64,000 bases of DNA from Klebsormidium nitens (taxonomy: Eukaryota > Plantae > Klebsormidiophyceae). The notes below the pieces were generated by a model that had not been told where the DNA came from, searched no databases, and saw only the letters and a program-made list of their open reading frames with translations. Positions 13,118 to 24,910 of the stretch are shown in pieces. Position 1 is the stretch's first letter. The number at the start of each line of letters is the position of its first letter. The stretch spans positions 70,995 to 134,994 of the forward strand of contig DF237176.1 in the NCBI GenBank assembly GCA_000708835.1, given 5' to 3'. The translations under genes and the position numbers were made by a program.

Positions 13118-15208
13118 TCACGGTTAGGGGAACCCGCTGTTATTCTAGTCCGGTTAGTACTGCATGAGTGCTGGACGATGGTCAGTGACGTAGTCCGCGG
13201 ATGCTTTACCGTCCTGAAGTTCTTATGAGGAGACGCAAAACTTTTCTGTCTATTCGAGATAGTATTGGTTAGACTAGAGTTGAGAGAGTGTCCGACTGGG
13301 GGCCAGTCAGTGCTTGAAGCTGCGGGTGCTGCCTTTCGATAAGTGTTTGACTTCAGCGGCGATTCTCCGTTGGCGCTTCTGTTAGTTGCTCGATCAGACC
13401 CGCAACTTGTAACGGGTTCGATCATTTAGAAACGAATCAGATCATATATAGCCAGGTGATTCACGTAGTGACAACTGGACGTAAGTTTCAGCCGAGATTC
13501 GTCTCCTTATTTGGGCCTTTACGGGAACATGTGAGGACTAGTCGCTTGTATAGGCATTGGAGAATTAGATTGAGAAAATGCAAGACGCTCTTTGAGCATG
13601 CCAGTAGATTGTTAAGGATAGCAGACTATCGAACCCATGTTTATTGTTGAGGCTTGTACACAGTCAATCGAGACCCGGTTGTAAGTACGCTTCTCTGTAT
13701 AGGCAGGGAAGATTGAGTCTATCAATGATCTGGAAAAAGGAAACCTTTCAGACGATCTTGACCTTAATTACGATCTTGTGTGAAGTTTCAGAGCGCATGT
13801 GTCCTTAAATAGGGGACTTTTAAGTCGGAAGTGTTCTTAAAGTCGTTTGAAGACCGTGATCAACGATCGGGGTTTTCATTCTTTGTGCTTATTGAGCTGT
13901 ACGGTTGGAAGCCGCCATCAGGCATTTACAATGAACGCAATCCTGCTACGATTACATCGTACGTACTGTACAAGCTAGAGGGTTTTGAAGCTAGTCCTAT
14001 CAATCACAGGATCGCGCGCCCTGAGTCTTCACATGCACACGGTCAGGGTCATTGGTAACGTGCATCACTGATCGGCCTCGGTTCTAGCGGCCTCCTTTCA
14101 ATGCTCTCGCACAAGCTTGTGAATTGGTTGTATTCGATCCGGCAAGCAGGCCAGTCCTGTCCGTCGCGATCGCGTTGCACTATCATATTTGAAAACAGTC
14201 CGAGTCATATTATTGTGTAGACCTGCTCTACAGAGTTATACATAGGCGCTCGAAAGGCCGGGGTCCCCGCGCGGTGACTCAATCCAAATCAGGCATTTGC
14301 ATGAATGGATTTGCGACATGCATGATAAGATAATAGCTCGCTGGTTATGTTTATTGCATGTGTACGAGCTTGAAAGCTTAATCGAATCTCAGTGCAATTA
14401 TGCCATGCATCTAGCTCGATCAGTCTTGCTTGGCACTTCGAGCGCCTGCAGAGACGGTCCCTACAGCTAAGTCTTGAACGTCCAATCGCTTATACAACGC
14501 GGTCGATTCGGATCTCGTGCAGAATGAGACGTGCCATTGTGCTCGGATCTATTCACGGCAGCGTGGCTAGTACTACCTTCCATGAAATAAGGCGGCTGCC
14601 GTGCCAGCAGGGACGTTATACAACTCGCGTCATCGGATTGATCGATGATTTATGTACGTGTGTACGAACTGCTTCATAAGAGTGCGATGATCAGACATGC
14701 AGATGTTGCAATGAACAGCGACGGTAGTCCCGGCCGGCCGGCCGACTCCTCGACTGAACATCAATTAATAGGTGGGATGCTCAACGTCATGCTCAGCTAG
14801 ATTATGTCTAGATGCATTTTCAAAGGGCCTAGGCAGATTGATGCGGCCGCGGGCCGGGCACTGAACCTCAACCTCAACCAGACATGAGCCATAACCACAG
14901 CAGTATAGCTATTAAGCGCTTACTCTGGAGTGTTCTCAAGTCAGCTCGAGCAGTACGTCGCAAAAGCATTCGAGCCGACGTTTCTCTTTGCCCCGCGTCA
15001 CTGTACCCAATAACAAGGCTCCGATCTTGCGAGTTACACGACAGATTCCGGCCCGCCGTTCCGGAGTTTCCAACCGAACAACCAAGAATGGCACTGACCT
15101 TACCGCGTCCAGTTATTGGAAGCAGTTATGACATCAAGGGTAACAGTTCCTCTGCTCTACTCCAGCTCTCTCATATAATTTGACGTGCATTCTGCTGACG
15201 CACCAGTA

Positions 15209-17485
15209 CTAAGCGTACAAAAACAGCAGGACTACGACGATATAAACAACTATCATGACGCAATTGGCGACCCAACCCGCCTTGACGGCGTTATTCGCAA
15301 ACTTGGGGGTGCGACACAGCGGTAGAAACGCCCCGATGACCCAGAAGACCGAAAGCACCCAGCCGACGCCGAAGAAGATCCAATCGGGGGTCACGCAGCA
15401 GCCCTCTTCCCGGGGGGGGGTTTGTGGGGGTACCTGCAGAAACAAAAGGTCGTTATCAACAGATCTTCGCACTCGCTGTTTGATTATTGAAGCGCAGCGT
15501 CTGTCTGAAGGGGCGTGACTCAGTTACCTGCAGAAAGAGGGGCAAGGAACTTTGGGGGGGCGCGTCGTCAATCGGTCGATCCTTTGTACCACGAGAAAGG
15601 GGCTGGCGCAAGCGCCCAGGCTTCTGGGCACCTTGTCCCTGCCAAGCTGACGGGCTGGGTCCTTCCAGTTTACTTCGTCACGAATACAAATGATCGTGCA
15701 GATCTCGATATTAAGCGGAGAGCAAATGGAGGAGTTAACCGAGAACGGAGTCGGGGTATGTGGGGTGGTGCCTCGAAGAGCGGGGACGTTCCGAAACTTC
15801 TTGTCGCTCTAGTTCGTCTCTTCATATAGACGAGAAACCGGACGTGGTCCAGCTCTGGCTTGTGAAGCGTCCTAAGGGAGTGTTTGCCGAAAGCAGGACC
15901 GCACGTGAGAGCTCGTCGCGCCCTGGTGCGATTGAAGGAGAGCGGGGCAAAAGCAAGGCGGAGTCATCGGATGGAGTAACCGTTTTGGTTTCCTGAGCTG
16001 AGTTCCTTCAGAAAAGCAGGGGCGTTCTTACCGTACTCCAAGTACGGTAACCGATGCTTTGGGTTTTGGCAGAAGCCTGTCCTGCTAGAGTTTTTCCAAA
16101 GCGCGAATCACTTTTCCCAAATATAGCGAATAGAAGCTTGCCAACTTAGTTGTTCGAAGCTTCAGACGACTCTGTACTTCAGGCGCCCAGTGGAACCATT
16201 TCCTTCAATAAGTTATGCCACTGTTCTGCAAAGGCTCTGATCGAGAGTAATAGTATTTTGTTCAAAGTACTCTCCTCCAAAGTCCTTCCGTGTCTTGGCA
16301 GACGTTCTTGAAGGGGCGAAAAGTTCCGACGCACTTCGACGATCTGGAGCGTCCTCGAACAATTCATGACGTGAGTTTTACATTCAATCCCTTGAAATCG
16401 CACCAAAGTTCAAGCGACCGCTTACCAATTGCTTTCAGGCAGTTGCGAGCCTTTTTAATCAGGCTCTTCACTCACGTGCCGCATTTTTGTTGCCTTCTGG
16501 TTACTTCCCACGTTCCCGCTTTCAATTGAGTGCGATCACCCGAAACGTACTGGAACTTTCGTGTCTGATAAAAAGATGAACTTGAACCGAGGAGCTTCAT
16601 GACGAAAGACAGATCAGATATTTCAAACTCCCCAGTTCGAATCAACGAAAGCTTTTACTTCAGCATGGTGTCCTAAGCTCTCTCCGTTCTTGGAACAGCG
16701 GTACTCGTTGCAGTGCTTTCCCAATGAATCGAAGCTTCGATCGTTTGCCACGGGTTATCAGACCACATAACGAACCGGAAACTTTAGCCTATCGTTCGTT
16801 TTATGTCTTGCCCATGTGCTGGCAACGATTTAATCATCAACGTCCTGGACTCTCTCTGAAAGTTGGAATAAGTGTTCGAAGCATATCTCGTGACAGTTTA
16901 TGTCTGATCCTGGTTTGGTTCACGGTTATCATCGAAATACCCTTGAAAATCTTCATAAGTCCTGGAGGCAGCTTGCGCTTCTTAGTTGGGAAGACCCAGC
17001 AGCCTTCTGGTTTTAGTGCAGTGTACGGAAACAAAGGGGGCGTGAGGTATTATCCCGTCCTCGATCGCGGGCCAGCCCCGCGCGACAGCTCCCTATGTTT
17101 TTGATGCTTTGTGGCACACTTATGAGCTCGAAGAGGCAAAAAGCAAGCTCACCAGCCCTTGTTCTTAGCTATCTGAGCTGCCCCTCGAGGTACTTGTTGC
17201 CTATAAGCGTCTGCTCACCTGTACCACATAAAACGCGCCTGGCTGCTGAGGGGGGTAGCTCCCAGCGACCGGCTGCGCCGAGGGATAATATCCTTGCGTC
17301 TGTGGGGAAAAGTAATATGTGGGCTGCCCTGGAATCGCCTGAGGAGCATATGCCGGTTGCTTATAAGGCGATGACGTGGCGTCTGCGTTCTCATACTGCT
17401 TCTGTGCATATTCGTTCTGAGGACTTGGCGAAGCGGGCGCCGGCGCAGGGGCGTCAGCCTGCGGGGTGGTGTCGGGAATCTGCAT
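15209..17485 (-). CDS. Pro/Gln/Tyr-rich Cys-motif membrane protein, paralogue 3 (163 aa)
   Basis: Exon 1 17485-17219 (...AFYVVQ|gtgagc) and exon 2 15433-15209 (VPPQTPPREEGCCVTPDWIFFGVGW...LPLCRTPKF), phase 0. Confidence 0.85.
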
Positions 17486-19117
17486 TGTGAAGCCCCCTCT
17501 GCCAGTCTCAGAGATCGATTAAGCAGCTCGTATCGTGGCCCAAACAGTGGCCAATGAGCGACTAGAGGGGCGACTAAAGGAAGGACAAAGGGTTACACTG
17601 AAACACACTACGGATAAATTTGACAGGTGTGGACATAAGTAGCTTTCCGTTCTGAAAGTCATTGGCGTCCTTCTTAACTGGACAGAAGAACCAAGTCATA
17701 CAGCTGAAAGGAGGTCATACGGATCTGGAGTTGCATATATAAGCGGAAGTCGAGGGGGGAGCACTTATTCTATGAGCTGGTCTAGCTCTGACATTGCCTA
17801 TGACTTAGTACCGCGCAGCAGCCAGGATCCGAAGACGACTGGCTCTGATCACTTGATGCCAAGCAGCATAATATCACGTTTTACAGAGCCCAAATTGCGG
17901 TCTGAAAGCAGCCGCAGCAGGAATGCCTCCCATGAGCATGCGGCGCTCACTGATTGAATCAAACCTTGATCAGCAAGCCGAGCTTTTGAGATCTGAAGCA
18001 AACGGAGGAGGTAGGTACTATCAGAAGTCATTGAAGGGCTACTAGGTACACAGAAGCAGCTGATTGAGAAAGGACTCCGAGACCTTCAAGTCTGATAATG
18101 TGTCAGGTCTCTCACTCTGAGTCTCAGGCTCTGCCAATGATACTAACAATGAGAAGTGCAAGGGCATGAGTTTCGGCATCTACCGTACTTTAGCCGCCTG
18201 TAACTGTCGTCTCGACCCAATCTTGAACGTCGATCACAAGGATTGTCATCTATAACCGTCCGATTGAATGCGCGCGGAGTTGAAGTCATGCCGCCTGGCC
18301 GGCCGGCGCGGCGATAGGTATCAACTGCTGGAGTTGACTACCGTACTACCGGTACTAGAGTCAATTACCGTACTAGGGCTGCGTGCTGTGACTCACAGCC
18401 TATCTCCAGTCCCTTTCAAGTTTCACCCTTTACATCTGCTCTGTACAAAGCGCCGCACTATTAATTTGAGCAGTGGCCAGTATCTGGTACACGTCATGAA
18501 GTACTTAGGTGCCGGTGAAGGCAAGCCTGAACCAGCTTATATAAGTACCGTGACGTCGTGGGATTCCTGCCGAAGCTAGAATGCATTGCGCAAGCGCACA
18601 GCTGGCAGCATAATGAAAGAGCTGCAGCTGCAAGGTGAAGTTTGTTCGCCAGGCTGAGACCAGCAATTAGGGAGCACTTCGGAAGCACAACAGCCGCTAC
18701 ATGTACAGACAAGGCAACCTAATTTCTACTGTGATTTCACCAGATTGCCACTTTTGACACGGGACACTGCTCTTCTACACTGGAGCTCACGACGTAAGCG
18801 CTGCAATCGAACTTTGCTGCCCGGCTATATATGCTGTCCTTACCGTCCTCTTCTAGCACAGCGGTGATTTGGTTTCCTCTTCGTGGCACAGAACTTGCGC
18901 CAACAGAGGGGCTGTGCCAGTGGCTCCAATATCTTCATGTTTCAAATCGAACTGATCAAGCTATATGGAGGCTCAAACCTTTATCACACGCAGCAAAAAA
19001 GGTATCCAACGGTAGCAAGCTGCAGCTGTCGAGCTGATAGATACCGAACGTTTGAGCCAAATGCGAAGAGGGATTCTAGCAAATTAGGTTGATGCGGACT
19101 CAAAGCTCAGTTTCACG

Positions 19118-21234
19118 ATGCCGCATCCAAGCACCGTGATCCCTCTACCGGTTAGCGGGCCCAGCCCATCTACTGCCTTAGAACCTGGACAGAAGCAATA
19201 CGAGGCCAACGCCATGTCTCCACATGCGGCGGACCTGTCCCCAGGGCAGGCTTTCAGTGCATCAGCAGCTCATGCGCCATTTGGTGGAAACGCGTCCCCG
19301 CAGCAGCCTGTCGCGTACTATGTCCAGGTAAGTAACTCAGCTTTCAGCAGGAGTGACATGTGTCTAGACCAGCTTTTGATTCGGCCCCCTTCATTCATTT
19401 AGGTTCTATTAGTGCAACCCAACTCTAAGCTTTACTTTTGCTGGTCTAGTTGAGCTCTGTAGAAGGTAAGGGCGGCCCACTATCTGAAATTTCGATGCAG
19501 GTAGGTCAGGTGAGTGTACCCTTGATGGAGTACTTGGCAAGGATCTTTGTGGGTATATGCTCCCCTAGATGATCGTATATGGCAAAGTGGTCGCGCTTGC
19601 TTAAGCGCGACCTGAAGAGGCTATTCTGGAATGATAGAGAAAGCGTGCTTACTAAGAGATGCACCAGCTAGAAGAAGCACCGATGATCAGAATTACTGAT
19701 GCCGAGATTCAGCTTTCACCTTCCGCTGAACGCTCGCCTGCCTTGTAAAAGCGCCCTATTCTGAGCAGTAACGAGGTGAGGTTCGCGATGCGCGGTGGGC
19801 CCGTTCACTGAAGTGCCTGCGTTTAAAAACAGGTTTGCGAGCTGGGTTTCCAGGCTGTTTGCAGAAGGCACGGTCTGGGCTGTCGTCAGAAGGAGGGTAA
19901 AGGTCGAGTTTTTAAATACGCGGGGTGAGCTTGCGGGCAGAACCTCTAGGGGTCCTTCCAGGGGTCCCCATAATGCTACGGTTGTTTACCATGGTATTAG
20001 TAAGCGGGCACTGGACAGAATACAGAAACATGCTCCCCCAAAATCACAAGGAGACGTTTGTCCAAGAAGACGGCCATGCAAACTCCACACGAGTAACCCC
20101 GCGATTGGTCTCGAGGACAAACTTCCCTTAATAGGAATCCTTCAGCGGAGGCTTTTGCTGTAAAAGAAGCCTGATCATTCAGAGGGCATCAAGGCGCAGA
20201 TCTGGCAGAAAGGAACGAACCCACGACTGGCGGCCGGGGCGCTTAATTGACGGTCGAGAAACGGATCCTAAAAAGCAGCAAAGTCTGTTGTGATTCCGAG
20301 CTCAGATGGCGACGAGACTCTCTCGACATCTCGAAACGTGTCCTCGTCAACAAAATTAGAGCCCTAATAGCTTGTCGCCTTATCTGAGGACGTCAAACTT
20401 TCACCTTTAAAGCCAGGCGACTTTGGGCCGGACAAACATTGTTTCTAGCTAAGAGCGAGCGAAAAACCACCCAACTTTTACCACGCTTCCAAGAATAGTG
20501 CCAATCCAACGTTGAAGAGCGACACATTCGGCAAGTCCGTAATCAGCAAGAAAACCCCGATACGGCGCATTGGATCTTGAAGAAACTGCCGCTGCAGGAA
20601 CCACCAAGCCTATGTTCGTTCACAGCTGCTGTGATGGACGTAGGTCCACGAGACAGGGGAAATCGTGGATCTTGCCTTTAGAAACTGATTGCCCAGCTAA
20701 TTCGATTTCGTGGCTCTCGCCTTAAACCCCATTTTTCGAGCTTGGATTTCGTGGGTCTTGCTTGAACTCCAATCTCCGAGCTCGGAACTGACTCCTCAGA
20801 ACGCCCTCACGAGCGTGCGATTTATAAAATCGTCCTTCTCAAGGGCCGAACCGCGTTGGCGCTTGCGTTTAGCCCTCTTACTCAACCCACAAGGTCTGCT
20901 TCTATCAAGCGCTTTCCAGTCAGGTAGGCATGGTTAAGCAGAAGATTCTCTGCAGGTTAAGAAAGAGAATTCTCCGCAGGTACCCCCCCCTGGGCGTCCC
21001 CGGAAGGACGGGTGGTGTGCGACCCCCGACTGGGCCCTCTTCTTCATGGGCTGGTTTACCTGCGGGGTTGGCTGGATCGTGGGGGCGTTTCTCCCGCTCT
21101 GCCGAACCCCCCGATTCGAGAACGGAATGATTATGGGTGCATGGATCGCCAACTGCGCTTGCGCTTGTGTAGTGACGACTTATTTCTCGTTGATAGCCGT
21201 CTTTTTCACGGGCATCGCTCTCTATGGCATATGA
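19118..21234 (+). CDS. Pro/Gln/Tyr-rich Cys-motif membrane protein, paralogue 4 (154 aa)
   Basis: Exon 1 19118-19327 (...AYYVQ|gtaagt) and exon 2 20980-21234 (VPPPGRPRKDGWCATPDWALFFMGW...LPLCRTPRF), phase 0. A second in-frame acceptor would start the exon at 20956. Confidence 0.85.
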
Positions 21235-21399
21235 GCAGAAAACTCTCATAGGTTTTGAGTTGTAAAAGGGTAAGAGGAGAAAGCTGCAATTCATCGCGGA
21301 TAATTACTTCGGATTAAGTAGTCAAATCAGCAGCTGCATTTGAGCTTAAGTTTGAGTCCACAAAGAGAGCTATGCATCTGAGATAGTCTTATCGATATT

Positions 21400-23148
21400 C
21401 GACGGTTGTTCTGGACTTGTAAGCAGAGCAGGTTAGTCGCTCAACTGTAGGAACGGTGCTCAGCCCGCTGAACACATATTGAGAACGTCCGAGAAAAGTG
21501 TCTGTTTGACAAACCCGTGACCGTCCAAGTTTGTACAATCTTATGAGTCTAGGAACACCCTCGGACTTCGCAGTTTCCGCAGGCAGGTAAAGATGCCATC
21601 AGGCACGTAAACGACCCTGGAAATGAGTGTAATTTCGTCTTAAAGTAAGTCCAAAACGGCAGCGCTTCTCTGTGTCGTGTTATGTGTCGTGTTATCAGAG
21701 ACGTTTTTGAGGGACTCTTCTTCGGTTTCACCAGTCCAGTCAAAAAGGTATCGCCTCATTCCATAGATTCCTCGAGATGAATCAAGGCACTCCTAAAATG
21801 TGGGATATGCCAGGTGGGTTCCAAGCTTCGACACTTTGAAGACTCGAAATCGAACCAGAAGAGTCTTCTGTTACACAATCATTGCACACAAATACAACCG
21901 GGTTCGATGGATTGCTTGCGTTCGTACAACACGACGTTCCAAAAGTATCGATCTGTTTCATGAAAGACTGACGAGAAGAAGTTAGCGACTAGAATTACTC
22001 GGCAGTCTTGATGCATAGACAACATTAACCGCAAAGTATTGTTGAACCCTTCAAATGTCGAGCGACGCAATGAAGTGGGCGCTGCTCGCTTTACAGCGCG
22101 GCAAGATGGTCGGGAGAGTCTCCCGACCATCTTGCCAGTTTTACTCACTAAATTAGTCGGAAAGAAGTTGAAAGTTGAAAATAGTGCTACATTAGTCGAC
22201 ACTAAAACTGGCAAAATGGTCGGGAGAAGAGGCTGTAGCCAAACGCTTGAAAGTCCCAGAAATCAAAGACCTTTTTCCCCAAGTGTACAGAATCTTTACG
22301 CACATCTACGTCATTAGCACTGAGGTTCTGGACGCCGCCGTTATCATGTAATGATGGTGCCTGCAACTTTCGAAATTTAAAAGTTGCCTTAGCCACCAGC
22401 TGGCCTGAGGGGAGGCCGACTTAATTCGGTGTTGAAGCCTGCACTTCAGTGACTTCAGAGCTGCATGGATTTCCTTGCAGGAGCATCATCGTTGGAGCTT
22501 CGCAGTTCAGCTCCGCACGTGTATAAATAGATGAATATCGACAATGATTTTCGCCCTTTCTTCCCGTACCAATTGTATTGTGACGTCGGCCGGTACATGC
22601 ACACGGAGTCTTGTCGGAGTATATATAGTGCGAGGTACGTTCTGACAAGAAATGAAAGACTAGGCCCTTCAGGGAAGATTGTGCGGTATGCTTCTGGAGG
22701 GGCTTCCTCATGATTCATGAATCTTCCGGAGGAGTCCGTCATGTCGACCGATACCACTCCGCTAGATGATCGACCGTCCTCCTGAGATTTTCGCTTCGAG
22801 AATATGGACCTGGCTCCATATTCTCAATCATAGAGTCGATGCACATCCAGCTGTTTTGAGTCCAAATGGTTCAAACTTCCGGGCAGTAGAGTATCAAGTG
22901 CAGACCTCCGAAGGAGCGCGCCTTTGCACCCAGACAAGTTTCGAAAGCAGAAAGCAGTTAATCCTGGAACTGCTCGATCGATCCGCGAATCGAGGGCTGT
23001 AGCTGTAGTCCATGAAGCTACAGCTCTGATCGAGCTCAATATCAGCATGTGCCAGTCGTTAGAACTCGTGGTTTACTACGGGTTTAGAGAGCTGGAGAAT
23101 CTGGTCCATGCAGGGCAGCGCAGCCGGCCGGGACCTCAAAAGCCCTAG
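21400..23148 (+). pseudogene. Decayed intronless reading frame ending in a J-domain-like remnant
   Basis: ORFs 22039, 22531 and 22924 share one frame interrupted by stops. The end reads WFKLPGSRVSSADLRRSAPLHPDKF...AVAVVHEATALI, with an HPD motif and a helix-III-like segment. Confidence 0.3.
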
Positions 23149-24910
23149 TACTCAGGACGTCACTATAGCATCATGGTCTTGACGGCGCATGTGATCATAC
23201 TAGGCGCATCACTGCAAAGATCATGATGAGTACATGCATCTAATGGCCAATCCAGTGAGAAGCTGATGAACGCGTCACAACGAGGTCTTGCCAGCCACAT
23301 ACGTTACAAGCCTGCTAGACTGCCATAAACTAATATTGGCAATTGAGTAGCTGTATTTGGTCTCCAAAACGCGCACAGCGTTTCAGAATCAGTATCCTAA
23401 TATTGATATTCGGAGGGAAGGCATAGATGCAGCTTTTTTGAGCTGAAAGTTCAACCCCTGGAGTCCGTACATCGTGCAAATCCTGATGAAAACTCTCCTG
23501 GCTAGGTGCAACCAATAATCGTTGTGCATATGTCCGAAATTCAGAAGCAGCTTGGATCAGATCTGGCATTCGATATCAGTGTGCGTGCGTTGCCACAGTG
23601 CATCATCATCGGCAGAGATCTGTTCCGTTGACTTCAGGCTTAACTTATAATCCCATCGGTTGACGCAATAGAATCAGCCGTTGACTAGCTGCCAATATAA
23701 TGGTTGTAACTTTTGCCCAGTCCTCACATGAGTGCTTCGGTCTTGCGCCCGAGTCTGCAGACGCGTGACTGAGGTTCGGAGTCAGCGAACTTTCAATCCG
23801 CTCGCGCGAATGTCCACACATGATCATCCGACCGTCCATGAAACCATCGAGGGTGAGTCGCGTACCGGAGCGCGCGCAGAGACTGCACCAGATCCTAGGT
23901 GCCGTCACCTACTCTAGGCGTGAAGCGGCAGTGCACTCCCGGGCCCCACGTACCGTACGCTCTTGTAACAATGTATCGGAAGGAGCATGGCAGCAGGATG
24001 GCAGCTCACTTCTGCGGTGGTCAGATTACCCACACAATGTACCCTCTAGAATTGTACCTGGCTTGTGTACTCCTCAGTCTGCCCTTACTGCAAGCTGAAC
24101 TTCTACATCCCGGGCAGTTCCTTCTGCAGCATGCACTGATGTACTACTGTAGTACGCAGCCCCCTTTGAACCTTTGACCCGGAAATCATTCAAGCTCAAA
24201 TCTGTGGTCAAGATTCTGCTGGACAAAAACATTCCGAGCATCTGGGAAGAGTGCGGCTATTTGACACAGTCACTGCATGTTTTTAAAGCTTGTGAGACCA
24301 AATTAAGTAAACTGTGTGTCAAGACCAAAGCTCGTATTTTCATACGTGAAATCATGCAGCCGCTTCTATACTTGCATCAAGTGACCGTTGATGATTTGCT
24401 TTCTTGGGTGGCATTGATGGTCTGCTCATCAAAGAGCACTGGTGTCAATGTAAGCGACAGCCTCACATAGCGACTTGAATCAGGAAGCAACGAAAAAGTC
24501 AAGCTGGTTTCAGAATTGCAAGCAAAAGATTCCTTCAAAAGGGGAAAATCTTGGCAGAACGTCATTGCGAGAGTCAGCATTGCGCATATCACTTTGTTAG
24601 AGCAGAAAGAGAAGAGGAGCATACAGCAGATCCTAAGACACACGCAGATCCAATAAAGGCACGCTCTAACGCGGCGACCCAACCGTTGGACAATGCTGGC
24701 GTCTGCTTAAGACTCTGCTTTTAGCATCACGTTTCTTCTTCAGCAGAGTTCAATCCAGGCGTCTGTGCTTTCCTGCACAACAACCTTCTCTGCACAGTTC
24801 GCCATCTTCTGTTAAGATCTGTTTTCACGCAGGCTTTCTGGGACAGGAGGCTCTGAGGCTTTTCTCCACAGATCGCCCGGTGCGGGCGGCGCCTCACTCT
24901 AGTTCTGCTC

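Larger units (their letters stand above)
6560..13620. repeat. Tandem segmental duplication of ~3.5 kb (about 6560-10040 and 10040-13620), each unit with promoter, gene, intron and 3' UTR
   Basis: Matching blocks by eye: 6590-6660 with 10075-10155, 7045-7100 with 10515-10565, introns 7900-8720 with 11490-12340, 3' UTRs 9460-9960 with 13110-13620. Confidence 0.85.

Noticed and set aside
15434-15529. Alternative acceptor (ctttctgcag) 94 nt upstream of paralogue 3 exon 2
   Set aside because: It is out of frame and runs into a stop.
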